Origin: Macrostomum lignano
Lineage: Eukaryota
Direction of reading: 5' to 3'
DNA: 64,000 bases
Assembly: GCA_002269645.1 (NCBI GenBank)
Contig: NIVC01000630.1
Location: forward strand, 62,001 to 126,000
The position numbers were made by a program, and so were the translations under genes. Below, piece by piece: positions 12,957 through 25,192 of the stretch; positions within the stretch are counted from its first letter, which is position 1, and the number at the start of each line of letters is the position of its first letter. The notes beneath the pieces were generated by a model. The model did no database searches. It was not told the origin of the DNA and was given only the letters and a program-made list of their open reading frames with translations.

Positions 12957-13041
12957 TTTTCTTCTTTGATAAAATTAAAAGTACAAATAAACTTTACTAA
13001 CAGAATTCAGCTAAACCTTTGCTAAACTTCGACGTAGCGAA

Positions 13042-13357
13042 TAAACTCAAAGCATCAGGGAGGGGGTAGCGGCGCTAAACTCAAAGCATCAGGGAGGAGG
13101 TAGCGGCGCTAAACTTAAAGCATCAGGGAGGGGGTAGCGGCGCTATACTCAAAGCATCAGAGAGGGGGTAGCGGCGCTAAACTCAAAGCATCAGGGAGAG
13201 GGTAGCGGCGCTAAACTCAAAGCATCAGAGAGGGGGTAGCGGCGCTAAACTCAAAGCATCAGGGAGGGGGTAGCGGCGCTAAACTCAAAGCATCAGGGAG
13301 GGGGTAGCGGCGCTAAACTCAAAGCATCAGGGAGGGGGTAGCGGCGCTAAACTCAAA
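13042..13357. repeat. 34-bp G-rich minisatellite AAACTCAAAGCATCAGGGAGGGGGTAGCGGCGCT (~9 copies)
   Basis: Visible tandem array just upstream of RCAN. Confidence 0.95.
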
Positions 13358-13961
13358 AGAAAGAAAGCTCTGCTCTGGATAATAGCCCATATCACTAGCT
13401 AACTGCTGTCAGGAATAGTTAAATCGAAATTAAAGAAGCCGAACAAACTTGTTCAAACAATAACAGGCTCACTTTAATATATGTACACACATTAGTGGCC
13501 TATTGAAATAAATTCATTATTTAAGATCAACACGCTTTCAATCACGATTATTTTCATCGGATCTTTCTAACTCAGATTAAAGCGTCAAACGAAACAACAT
13601 TCAAACTGAAGCTGCTGGGCCTTGCAAGCTGACAGGCAATTGTCAGGAAATATAAATTAATTGCTTTCTTCTATTTTTAGTCTTACAGCCAAAAGTTCAC
13701 CTATTTTGCGCAGAATTGACAAGAATTTCAACCGTGCCGTCTACTTCAAGTGGTTATTCGATAATAGTAAAATGGGTTTTTAAACGGTAGTGGTGAATTA
13801 AAATAGATCAAAGGGAACCCGACAAGAATTTGGTGAATTTAACTGCAAGTCGGACAGGAGCTAAATAAGGGAGGCTTATGATATCCGCTAGGATATTTTT
13901 ATTTTAATTCACCAAATGAAGGCTCAAAGGGTTGAGGGAAGAGAGATATTAACTCAGCCAA

Positions 13962-15291
13962 TCACAGCGAGACCTTGACTATACTATACGATGATTGGCT
14001 GCTGCTGTTGTTGCTGTTATTAGTAGCGCCCAAAGAAGAAGTCCGTTGATCAGCTCTCCCAGACTCAACAACAATAGGCAAAGCGTCTAGCAGTGCCTCA
14101 AATTTGGAGTGCTGGAATTGCAACTCGGCCAGGCTGTCAATCAAATCCGACATGCTGGCTAGGGACTCGGCGCTGATTGGTCCAGGCGACGGTCTGGCTG
14201 TGCCTGCGGCCGCTGCAAGCTGTGTGAAGTTGGCCGTTAGCAATAGGTCAAGCCAGGTCACTAGCAGGTCCATGTCTATCGACTGATTGGACGTTGATGA
14301 GGCTACGGCTGTAAGCTGGGTGGTCAGATAGGCCCAGAGAATGCGCAGCTGATCAGTGCTGAGCTGGCGAACCGCTAACAGTATGGCGCCGTCTGAAGCG
14401 CCACCGCCTTCAGCAATTAAGGAGGCCAGTTCAGCTATCAGGCCGGCGCCGCCGTTCTCCTACGGTTGATGATATGAAGAGAAAGTACAGTAAGTTAGAA
14501 GACAAAGCCCACTGAAATGCTGGGAACACAGTAAGGATAAGGGGTAGCGGAAGGGGCGACCCTCGCCTCCTTGCTGTGTCCCCGAACTACTCTGCAGCTA
14601 AGAATCAGGGAGGGGGTGGCGATGCCAAGCTGAATGATCAGGGAGGGGGTAGCGGTGCCAAGCTGAAGGATCAGGGAGGGGGTAGCGGCGCCAAGCTGAA
14701 GGATCAGGGAGGGGGTAGCGGTGCTAAGCTGAAGGATCAGGGAGGGGGTAGCGATGCCAAGCTGAAGGATCAGGGAGGGGGTAGCGATGCCAAGCTGAAG
14801 GATCAGGGAGGGGGTAGCGGCGCCAAGCTGAAGGATCAGGGAGGGGATAGCGGCGCCAAGCTGAAGGATCAGGGAGGGGGTAGCGATGCCAAGCTGAAGG
14901 ATCAGAGGAGGGGTAGCGGTGCCAAGCTGGGAAGAATGATTGCCAAGCTGAAGGGTCAGTGAAGGAGAAGCTGAAGGATCAGCACTGAAATGCAAAGGGA
15001 AGGATGCAAGCAGAAACACTTGAAGCAAAAAAGCGCTACTACCTGCCAGGACGCCAGCTTGTCAGTGCCAGGCATTGATTTGCAACAATGCGACAGACAG
15101 ATCTGCAAACGGCGACTAAAATCTTCAACTTCAGCTGGCAGCTGATCGGAAGCACAATCCGACTCCATCAAGCGCCCAGTTGCATCAGTTTCCATTGGTG
15201 ACGATTCAATTTCGGCGGCTTTCATAGCGGCCTTGGCCTCTTTGATGGCCGATGACTCGCTGCGCCGATGGGTGCTAAGCTTTCTCTTCAT
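13962..15291 (-). CDS. NOL11: NOL11-like protein (C-terminal region only), 2 exons, ~248 aa
   Basis: Exons 15291-15043 and 14459-13962 (CAG|GTAGTA...CTAAC...CGTAG|GAG, phase 0). C-terminal LVTWLDLLLTANFTQL...SYSIVKVSL* resembles the NOL11 C-terminus as recalled (IMDWICLLLDANFT...LYSIEVLELF*). In-frame TAA upstream of the ATG. Confidence 0.6.
14598..14960. repeat. 33-bp G-rich minisatellite GCCAAGCTGAAGGATCAGGGAGGGGGTAGCGGC inside the NOL11-like intron
   Basis: Visible tandem array of ~10 copies within intron 14460-15042. Confidence 0.95.
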
Positions 15292-15301
15292 GCAATAATT
15301 T
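15289..15301 (-). other. SL relic AAATTATTGCATG supplying the start codon of the NOL11-like gene
   Basis: 12/13 match to the SL 3' end AATTTATTGCATG; its ATG is the initiator. Confidence 0.7.
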
Positions 15302-18300
15302 TTTAGAATAAATTACCTAACAGTTGGAGGATAAAAAATAATGTTGATATTATCATTATCATAAAAATCGAGAGATTATGTAATTTATCCAGTTGAATTA
15401 CATCTCAAAGGGTGCTCAAATGGTTTGTCTACATTATATTAATAATTTTGTAAAATATAAGATTTTCTAAGAAATCGCATATACATGTATCCTTGTGCAT
15501 TTAGCAAAGCCTATATATCTGTAGCTTGTGTAACAGTACTGTTGCTTCTATCCTTAAGAAACTATCTCACTGATGCCACCAAAGTTGTAACAAGGGTTCT
15601 AAGAATGGAATGAGTTCTCCCAATGCTTGGGGTTTTTTATATCCCTAAATGACTAAGGCAGAAGTATTGCTCAATTCCTTCTTAAAAGCTTAAAATGAAG
15701 CAAATGAGGAGTTATTTTTTCTGCTGGCATTTATTTATAAGTTTTTTATTCAATCAAGTCAAGAGATGGAAAAGTTAAGTGGAAGACAGAACAGCAGTTG
15801 TATGGCAGATCAAGCAGTAGAAATCCAAGGAATTATATCCAGATTTATGTGTGCATTAGCTATCACAAATAATGCACTAGAAGTCTTCTAGCACAAGATA
15901 TGGCATGATCCTAAGTCAAATGTGGCTACAAGCAGCTGTCTAGATAGATACCAGAGTCTGGATCATGACAGGAATATGCCAAAGTGAAAATTCTAGTCTT
16001 TTCAATTCTATGCCAATATAAATAAGGCCCCTAAAATTTTACAAGCATAAAGTTGAAAGTATGATAGAATATATTTATTAGAGACAAGAGTTTTATTAAA
16101 TTGTAAGGCTAGGTGTCAAACAAGATCCTAATCTTAATCATCAAGATCTTGGCACTTTTCTTCTCAATCTTGATCTTGATTTCAAGATCTCAAAAAAAAG
16201 TTAAGAATTTTTAGCAGTTTATTAAAATATTATATGTATCTAATAATTCAAGATCCTTATTATCATATTTATATTTAATACACAAAGTTATTAACAAGCT
16301 TAATATTAAATTATTCTTGCTATTTCTTCTAGTTCCATATCATCATTCATTTTAAACATTTAACAAATAAAAATATTAGCATTGAAGAAGAATGGTGTAA
16401 ATACTAGATGTACTAGATACCAATTAGGCTTAATCTTAAATCTCAATCAAATCTTGATTATCTCAAAAGTATTGATCTTGGGTCTTGAAAATCTTGAAAA
16501 TGTGGTGAAATTGTCTGACTTTTAATTTTTGTTTTTCTTGTAAGTTGCAATATTATTATTTTCTATTATTTCTAATTATTTTAAGAGCTTTTCTCTTGAT
16601 TGATATTTAACTACACTATATATCTAAATATACTAAATCTCTAATGTTTAGAGAATGTCTCTAACTTCTTAATTAAGAACTAAAAATGGTCTGTTGGTAG
16701 GTAGGTATATGGATAGGTATGTGAGTTCTTTACTATATATACTAAGGCCTATGCCAAAACTAATTTTTATGCAAACTATGTACACTGATGTTGAACCTAA
16801 AAATTCTATATACAAGTGTAGGCAAAGATTGATAGCAAGAGCAAAAATATGCCAGAATTTTCTAGCATATAAGCCACTTTATAAACTATGTCTAAGGTCT
16901 AGATATTTATCTATTTTAGAACTAGGTCTAAACTAAAGCTTTGAGAATTGTTTTGATGATAATCTTTGCTCAATTTACTAGTTTCAATAGACAATCACAA
17001 TTGAAATTTGTCTCTGTTCTTTATTTAAACAAAAATGACAAATGCTTATAAAAGTTAAATAGTCATTAATTAAACAGGCAGCCTATATTAGGGGTCAGTA
17101 AACTCCATTCCACAGGCCAAATCTAGCCTGCAATTTTTTATATAGCAAAATTATTTTTATATAACTTAAAAGAATTACATTTTTGTAATCCACAGTTTTT
17201 TTATACTAGTATGTACAGAATTAAAGCCAAAGCCTCTATGACCATGCAGTAGGGCCATTTTATTTTAAGACATCATATGTGCAAGTGGTTTAAGGCTTAG
17301 TGTAAATCTATTTTCAAAATAAATAGTCTATACTTTTGGAATGCAAGTATTTTAAGGCAGTTTTCATATTAAAATGATTGTTATCCAAAACTAATTATAT
17401 AATATATGATTAGTGTTATTTTTTTAAAAGGTGTGGTAATACTTAAAAGCTAAATCTATAAGAAGTGCTATATTAGAAATTCATAATAGAATGATGGTCC
17501 ATCAAAATAAATATAGGCCTAAGGACTGGTACTAATTTACAAGGTGCCAATTTATAAGGGTACTAGAATCATTTGTTCTATAAATGCTTAAAAAGTTATA
17601 ATCTTTAATCTCTAGAAACAGTTTGTTATAGCATAGTCCTAAGTAGGCCTATGCATTATGCATTGCATGCGAGAATTTTTTGCTCTGCATGCTGCACATA
17701 GGAGGGTTGGATCAAATCCATTGAGAATACACTGATATACTGGGAGGAGGGTTACAATTTGAGGTGTTGCAACAATAAAATACCTTTTGTTTAGACTTTT
17801 TTATGGGAGATTACAAATAATCAATGCTTATAGAAATGCTTACTTTTTTGCAACTAAAATAAATTTTTGCTTTTTAGTTATTATATTTATTGTTAGTAAT
17901 TATTGCTTACATGTATAACTGCTAGCTGAACTAGCTAATCTAGTCACTATAAATTGTGGTGGACAAAGGATAAGTTGCAAAAATGGCCACCTAAGAGAAT
18001 ACAGATAGTATTAATTAGATGACAAGGCATTTAGCTTTAAAAAAGGGTAATTGCTTCTATCATAGTATCATTTATTCAAAATTGCATTATTTATTGCTTT
18101 TGGGTTTTTTTATAAGTTACATTTTTGGTCAAAAAGTAAATCACATGGCCATTGTAAATCAAGGGAAGAGGGTTGCACATATATGACTTACTATTTTTCT
18201 TGCCATAAATGTACAATACTCCTTCAAAAGTGACAAATATCACATTTTTAGAAGGATTAAAGTTTGTATGGCATAGTTATTAGATTGCTAACTATGGTAT

Positions 18301-18379
18301 TATATATTTCTTACTATTTATATGCCATACTACTGTGCAAAGCATATCAAAAAACTTTTTTGACTCTTTGATGCATGGA

Positions 18380-19005
18380 TACATACAAATTCGGCAACAG
18401 AAATTTAATATAGACAAATTTGGCAATAATCTAGGCAAATTTGGTAATATATCTTTTTGTAGCTAAAGACAAGTTAAAGCAAATTTTATATAATAAACGC
18501 TTTATTAAAATGCTTGTGAAAGTTTAAAGTTTAACCAAAAAGTGTGTTGTTAAATTGGATATCCCACATTAAGAATATGGTGATGTATAAGAGACTTTTG
18601 TCTTTTTTATATATGTTTGCAATTTTTTTCTTAAAATTATAACCAATGGAAGGACTTTATTACATATGAAAAAATTGTATTTTTGTTTTTTTTCAAACTC
18701 AAAGTCCAAAACATTTTTTGTTTATGAGGCCACCCAACTTTAAATTAGGCCTATTTAACATTTCTTGGAAAGGAATTTTTAAAACTCATAAGGATAAATG
18801 ATAGATTAAACAAACTTAATTAAAAGGGAAAGCTAATAGGCCTATACATTGAAGAATATAAATATATTAAAGAAATTTATCAAAATTATATACAATTGTT
18901 TTTATTGAATTAATTGTCACCAAATTTGCCTAGATTATTGCCAAATTTGCTTTTACTAAATTGGTCCATTGTATTGTGAATCTCCATTGCCAAATTTGTT
19001 TGTTA
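18380..19005. mobile_element. Foldback/MITE-like relic with a 31-bp perfect inverted repeat
   Basis: CAAATTTGGCAATAATCTAGGCAAATTTGGT at 18415-18445 and its exact reverse complement at 18919-18949; weaker inverted similarity extends outward. Confidence 0.6.
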
Positions 19006-21001
19006 CAAAATTGGTCAGCACCCTTAATGCATACTATGCACAAGCATGCAATACTAGACCAAAATGGAATTTTTGCACAAAAGTTGCTACACATTTATGC
19101 ACATTTATCAAATTTGTGCATACTTATGCGCTGAAAAGGAGCCTACTTATGTGCTCCAAAAGAAGATGTGTACACCAAATCATATGCGCTTGTGCAAGAA
19201 GCTGCTTGCTGCCAAATCATAGATACAATTTGACTTTTATATGCATTTAACATGGTTATATGGCATGTGTACACTCAAGTTCTACTTTTCATAGTCCAGG
19301 TTGTTTTTATGCCAGAAAAATTCAAAATAAACGTAAAACAAACAATAGTTTCTAGCAAAAACAATTAGGCTTCTACTCATATTTTTTAAAAAATAAAGAA
19401 TATATCCTCTAAAAAATATAGCATTCAAGCTACTTTATACTTGGAGTACATTTTTTAAAATTTATGTTGGTGTGGAATTGAAAAACTAAAAATTTTATTT
19501 TTTAGTGCATGGGCCATGATCCACAATATAACTTATTTTTACAGTTAGCGTGCGCAATGAATTTAGCAGTGAATTAATAGGGCCTACTATTATAATAAAT
19601 AGGACATAAAGGAGTCTTTAAAATAAAAAAAGTTAAAACAGATTTGATATCAGAATTAGGATGACCAAAAATAGGGATAATATGGAGTCTTATCTAAGTT
19701 AATTAAACATTTGTAGTAGCCAAGCAACGCGATAGGTACTGTTAGATGAAATGTGACAGTGTCAGAGGCTAGGGCTCAGGCTGCATTTTTTGGAAATTGC
19801 AAAATAGTGATAGGTAGGTCCCTCGGCCTCGCCCAATAAATTAAGGCAAAAGATACGTTGATAATTTGATGCATCAGTCATGACGAAAAAAATATGCTAA
19901 TAATTATACATACCGTAAAACCGAAAAATAATTACTTGTCGGTCCAACAGACCTGAGCTGAAGAGCCTGTTCATATCAAATCTACATGAGTGAAATCTCG
20001 TTTAATGGTTAATGGTTACTCAATAAATTTTAAAAGTTTACTAAAGTGTCTGGCGTTACAACAAAAGTTGGTTTTAGACTTTAAACTCAAACAAATAAAC
20101 AAGTAATGGACTAATTTTTACAATTAATAATAGTTAAAAAAGATAATATTAAGTTTAGATTTACTTTACTTACTTGTAGTTAGTAACTGTATTTAAATTA
20201 GCAATTTCTCTTTGGGCCTTTTATATTGTTTGTTCTGGTTCCAGAACTAGAACCAATTTGTGAAGTACACTATATGGAGATAACTTTTTGTCTCCATAAT
20301 TAGGGGGAGATAGGTGCTATAAAGTTTTTATTATTGAATGAAAATCGCCAAGAAGAAAGTGAAAAATTGTGCTAAGTGAGGTTGTTAAGGCAGTCAAACA
20401 TTCAGCAGAATTAAATAGTTATACTGATGTTTTTCTTGGAAGATCCGAACCGATTCTGATTCTGGAATTGGTAATATGAAAAGCCTCTTTACTATTTGAT
20501 GATATATATTTTTGCCATGTCTTATGTTTGTATTTATTTATATTTTAGTGCGTTTATTCATTAATGCAGCAGGGTAAGAAAAGGCCTTACATTACTAACA
20601 AGCTTTTTCTAGTATAAAACCTCTTCATTTAAATATTTGGACTTATCTGTCCCAGAAAGGTTTGCCTGTGTTACTGTATACTTATAAATTTGGTTCCAGG
20701 ACATTTCGTCAACTGGCATTTCATCAACTGGCACTTTGTCTAGTAATTTGTCAACTAGACATTATGCAAACAGACATTTGGTTCAAGCCAAAATTATTCA
20801 TCTGTTATGTTAGCCTATTAGCCATTTCATCTGCTGAATTACTAACTAAATCTACATGAAGGCCTACAGTTGTAATTAGGCCCTAGTAGTGTAATTAGGA
20901 GGCCCTCCATCTCTCTCTCAGAACTAACTAATAACTATTAGGCCTACTATTAAATTTCCTATATAATACATGATGCATCACTTATATAATATTTAAAAGA
21001 A

Positions 21002-21594
21002 GGCAGTGCTTATCCCCACGGTACCGTAGGAATAATTTCTGTCTTATTCCAACGGTACTATGCAAATAATTTTCTGCTTATCCGCACGGCACACTGACGA
21101 GATAGCTGCCCTATCTTCTACATATGCCGTGCGAATAATTTTCTACTTATCTGCACGGCACACTGACGAGATAGCTGCCCTATCTTCTACATTGGAATAA
21201 GACAGAAATTATTCCTATGGTACCATGGGGATAAGCACTGCCATGGACTATATAAATCACGGCGGGCGAGATGATTAGATTAGACTTTGCTAAAATTTAA
21301 ATAATAAACAATTCTTAGAGTTAATTTAATTTAAATCATTTGTTACTACACAAAAAAATTCTTTCCTTATAGAAAAGTCGTTAAATCTTTATTTCTTTAG
21401 AACAAATGTTCAATCCAAGTTATGTTGTTATATTGCACTCAAATCGTATGTATTAAACTTCCCACACGGCTTCTGTAGAAGATAGGGCAGCTATCTCGTC
21501 AGTGTGCCGTGCGGATAAGCAGAAAATTATTCGCACGGTACCGTTGGAATAAGACAGAAATTATTCCTACGGTACCGTGGGGATAAGCACTGCC
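21002..21594. mobile_element. Mutator-like MITE, 593 bp, 121-bp TIRs, 9-bp TSD
   Basis: TIRs 21002-21122 and 21474-21594 (about 3 mismatches) start with GGCAGTG. Identical flanks TTAAAAGAA at 20993-21001 and 21595-21603. Long TIRs plus a 9-bp TSD are typical of MULEs. Confidence 0.9.
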
Positions 21595-21884
21595 TTAAAA
21601 GAATGCCTGAAGTATCACACCAGTGTTGCAGCCACAGTGAAACCATTTCCTGTAGCTGCTATATTCCAATCTGTCATCACCATCACAAGGACGACCTAAG
21701 TAGAAGGATGGGAAACCTTGTTTCTTAGCAATTTTTTTGAAGGCACTTTTTCTAAAAAATACACTATGGAGTCATAGAGATGGGATGTTTTCATTATTTC
21801 AACACTAAAATTGTAGTTGCTTTTGATAGGAGGCAGATCCAGTGTTTATCTTTTGATTTGTTGTGCCTTTTTTATTGCTCTATT

Positions 21885-24800
21885 ACAACAATAACAACAA
21901 CAAGGTACTGCTCCCGCCAGCCACGCAGTAGCCAGAAAGGGGGGAGCAGTCAAAAAGCGCGTCTCTGGGCCATTGCCCTCAGGAAGTCGCATCCCCCTGC
22001 TTGGTCCAGGGCACCAGTGTCACTCAAAAGTCGGTCAGGGTATCGCACCGTTTGCCCTTGGCCTCGCCTCCATGGTCCCTGCAGCTTGAGCAGCAGCATG
22101 TTGTGTAGCGGCTCAGGACAGCAGGCCTCCAACCGGATGACGTGGCCAGCCAGTCAAAGTCGCCGTCTGCGCAGCAGGTCAGAAGGCCGCGTCAGGCATG
22201 CCCTAGTGTAGAGCGCAGCATTGGTCTCGCTGCCTAGGCCGCTGCGCACTCCGAAAGCCGCACGCAGCATTGCCGCATGCGCAGCATCCAGCTGCCTCTC
22301 CAAGGCATCCGTCAGGGTCCAAGTCTTAGCGTTGTACAACAGGACAGTCTGAAACAGCCGAGCCTTGAGCCCGTCGTCTAGGGCCTCAGATTGGAGCATG
22401 GAGTGCACAGATTGAAATGCGGCCCAGGCCAGTCCTCGTCGTTTCTTCAGGTCGTCGGCAACGTCCGGCACAGAACCGCTGAGGTACACAAAGCGCTCGC
22501 AGCAGGTAAGCATAAATGCATTCCCGGCAGTGTCTCGGTAATTGATCTCGGCCGGCAAGTCAGAGGGCACTGTGAACACTACTGTCTTCTGCGCATTCAG
22601 CTTAAGGCCGACCCGCGACGCTGCCGCCATCAGGCCATCAAGCAGCCGCTGGGCACCTTCAGTCGTCGATGAAAGTAGCACGAGGTCGTCCGCGTAGCCG
22701 AGAACAGAAAGCCGCTTCTCCGGGTGCCGCCAACTCGTGCGTCTTCTCAAAAAGAAGCCATCATCCAGGTTGGGCAGGCCAGTTCTCAGCACCCAGTCCA
22801 GTGCCAGCACAAACAGAAAGGGTGCCAAAGTGTCACCTTGTAGCACGCCTGACAACGTGCTGAATTGGTCTGACAGTCCATCTGGCATCATCACCAAAGC
22901 GGTTGTGTGCTGGTACACCGCCATAATGGTGGAAATCAGTTGCTCCGGTACATTGTACGCACGAAGCACAAGAGGCAGCGCGCCGCAAGCCAGCGAATTG
23001 AAGGCCTTGAGGAAATCAATGAAGATCACCACGAGACTTGACTGATGGATGCGCGCCTACTCAATGATGCGGCGGAGGGCTAGGATCTGCGTCACTGTGC
23101 CGCAATGTGGGCGGAACCCATTCTGCTCAGTTTGCAGGAACTGGTCCAGCACAGGCTGTAACCGAGCCAGCAGCACCTGGTTGAACAGCTTCGCGGAGCA
23201 GGACATAGCAAGATCCCCCTGTGCTCCTCCTTCTGTGTCATGCCTGGCTTCTTTGGGATCGCGACGATGTGTGCAGTTGTCCACTCGTGGGGTGCGGCAT
23301 CTCCAGAAAGGACACTGTTCGTCACACGAGCCACCTCAATGGCAACCCTTGTGACTTGCAGCACCTCGTCCGGTCCTGGGGCGCGACCTCCTGGCGCCTG
23401 GCGAGCAAACTGCACAATGTCATTGGTGGTCACTGGCTGGTTGTTGAAATCTTCCTGCAACGGCAGCGCCGTTTCGAGCGGCAGTGGCATCACTTCTGGC
23501 AGAGGCGCTGGCGGCACATTGACAATATCGGCAAAGAAGTCGCGTAGCTCATTTCTGCGCGCTTCTGGCGTGTCGCCGGTCAAGTTTAGTACCGTTCTTT
23601 TCTTGCAACCAGTCAAGGTGTTGATTGTCAGCCATATGAGCCCTGTCAAGCCCTGTGGAGGTGACACTTCAGATGGCATCGTCAAAAGCGGCTTGCTGCC
23701 GCCTGACATAAATGTCTGACAGGGCTTTCTCAGCCTCTGCTGTCGGTCTCCTGGACTGTTGCAGCCTCTCAACTGTCCGCCTCGCCTCTTGAACCTCCTT
23801 GTCATCCACGTAGACAGGGAGACTATGGGCTGCAGATTTCATCAGTGGCAGAGTTTTGCTCGCTTCTGTCGCTACTGCCGCGCTTATTTCAGAGTAGTTA
23901 CTGGTGCTTGCAGACTTTCCCAGTGCAGTGGCAAATGCGTACGCGAACTTGCCGTGGGTGCTAGAATCTCGCAGAGCCCAGAAATAGCGGCATGGGGGTC
24001 GCTTGGGCGGCCTGTACAGTGGATCCCGGATGCAAAGGTTGCAGAAAAGCAGGCGGTGGTCGGATCGGATGGACAGCAGGGCCATCGTGTTGCAGTCTGT
24101 CACCCAACTGCGCTTGCAGTTACGAACAAGAATGTGGTCGAGCTGGGCCCGGCGCGTCATGGCGTTTTGGCGCGCGTTCCGCTTTCTTCGCTTACAACCA
24201 GCAAAAGTCGCCAAACAAAAAGCTGGTTTGCAGAAGCGCGTGTTCGCTGACACCAGATCTTGCCGCGACATAAGGTCCGCAAGCACACTAGAGTTGCCAT
24301 TCTGGCGCTGGGACATGAACGGGGAGCGCTGGGACCTCTCCGCGACAGCGTTGAGATCGCCAAGCACCGCCAGAGTGTCACGCATTGCGACTGACTCGAG
24401 CTGCTCTGACAGGAAATCAAAGAACTCCTGCGCCTTATGCTAATGGGCAGCTGTCGGCGCATATGCGCAGAACAGCCGGGCGTTATGGCCTCGCAGTCGC
24501 ACATCCACACGCAAAAGCCAAGGTGACACGGGGACACAGCAGACACTCTGCTGCAGCCGCGGTCCGACTAGAGCGCCGACTCCTCCACGTCCTCAACTGT
24601 CCACTGAGGTGAAAAACAGGGTCCAGCCGGCACTGAGATCCTCACATTGGAGGCCGTCGTGCGTCACAATTGAAACTTCCTGCAGCATCACAATGTCCAG
24701 CTGCAGATCGGATGCTAGCTGCGCCGGCATTCCCCTCCTCCAAGCAGGTTTGAGAGTGCAACAGTTAAAGGTGGCAATTCTAAACGCGCTTCCTGGTACG

Positions 24801-25083
24801 GTCTCCTGCGCCACCAGGTAGAACCGATTGGATAGGGGCCGGGTCAAGCAAACTTGCAGACTTGCAAAAACAACCTTTCAGCCGTCCTCGCCTATTGCAC
24901 TCACGCCGCCGCTGGATGCGCCGGTGGAGACTTCGTTTGCCTTGCCGGTTGCCTTTCCTGCCGCTGTTAGCAGCCGCAGCGTCCGTGTTAGCAGAGTGCG
25001 GCTCACCGCTCTCACCTGGGCAAGCGCCAGCCAGATGGCAAGTATCACCCGGAGGTCGCAGCATATTTGCACCAAAGTGCAAA
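21885..25083 (-). mobile_element. Full-length but frameshifted RTE-type non-LTR retrotransposon (APE endonuclease + reverse transcriptase), ~3.2 kb
   Basis: Minus-strand fragments: APE motifs (RIATFNC, DIVMLQE, LGDLNA, LDHIL, SDH) at 24850-23670; RT motifs (IDFLKAF, GVLQGDTLAP, YADD) at 23300-22150. (TTG)n-like 3' tail at 21885-21903. TSD TTTATTGCTCTATT (21871-21884) / TTTATTGCTTTTTT (25084-25097). Clade assignment inferred from size, single-ORF layout and tail. Confidence 0.9.
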
Positions 25084-25192
25084 TTTATTGCTTTTTTGAT
25101 ATTTATAAAGCTTTTCATTTAGAAAAGTGGATTTCTATGTTAATTTTTTACTCTACCTTATATCTTATCTACTACTTTCTTATACTCTATCT

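Noticed and set aside
16110-16500. Cluster of CAAGATC/GATCTTG motifs resembling MITE subterminal repeats
   Set aside because: No definable termini or TSD by eye.
25082-25091. AATTTATTGC at the LINE junction, identical to part of the SL
   Set aside because: Part of the target-site duplication, on the strand opposite to the LINE, and lacks ATG. The empty-site paralogue differs. Treated as coincidence.
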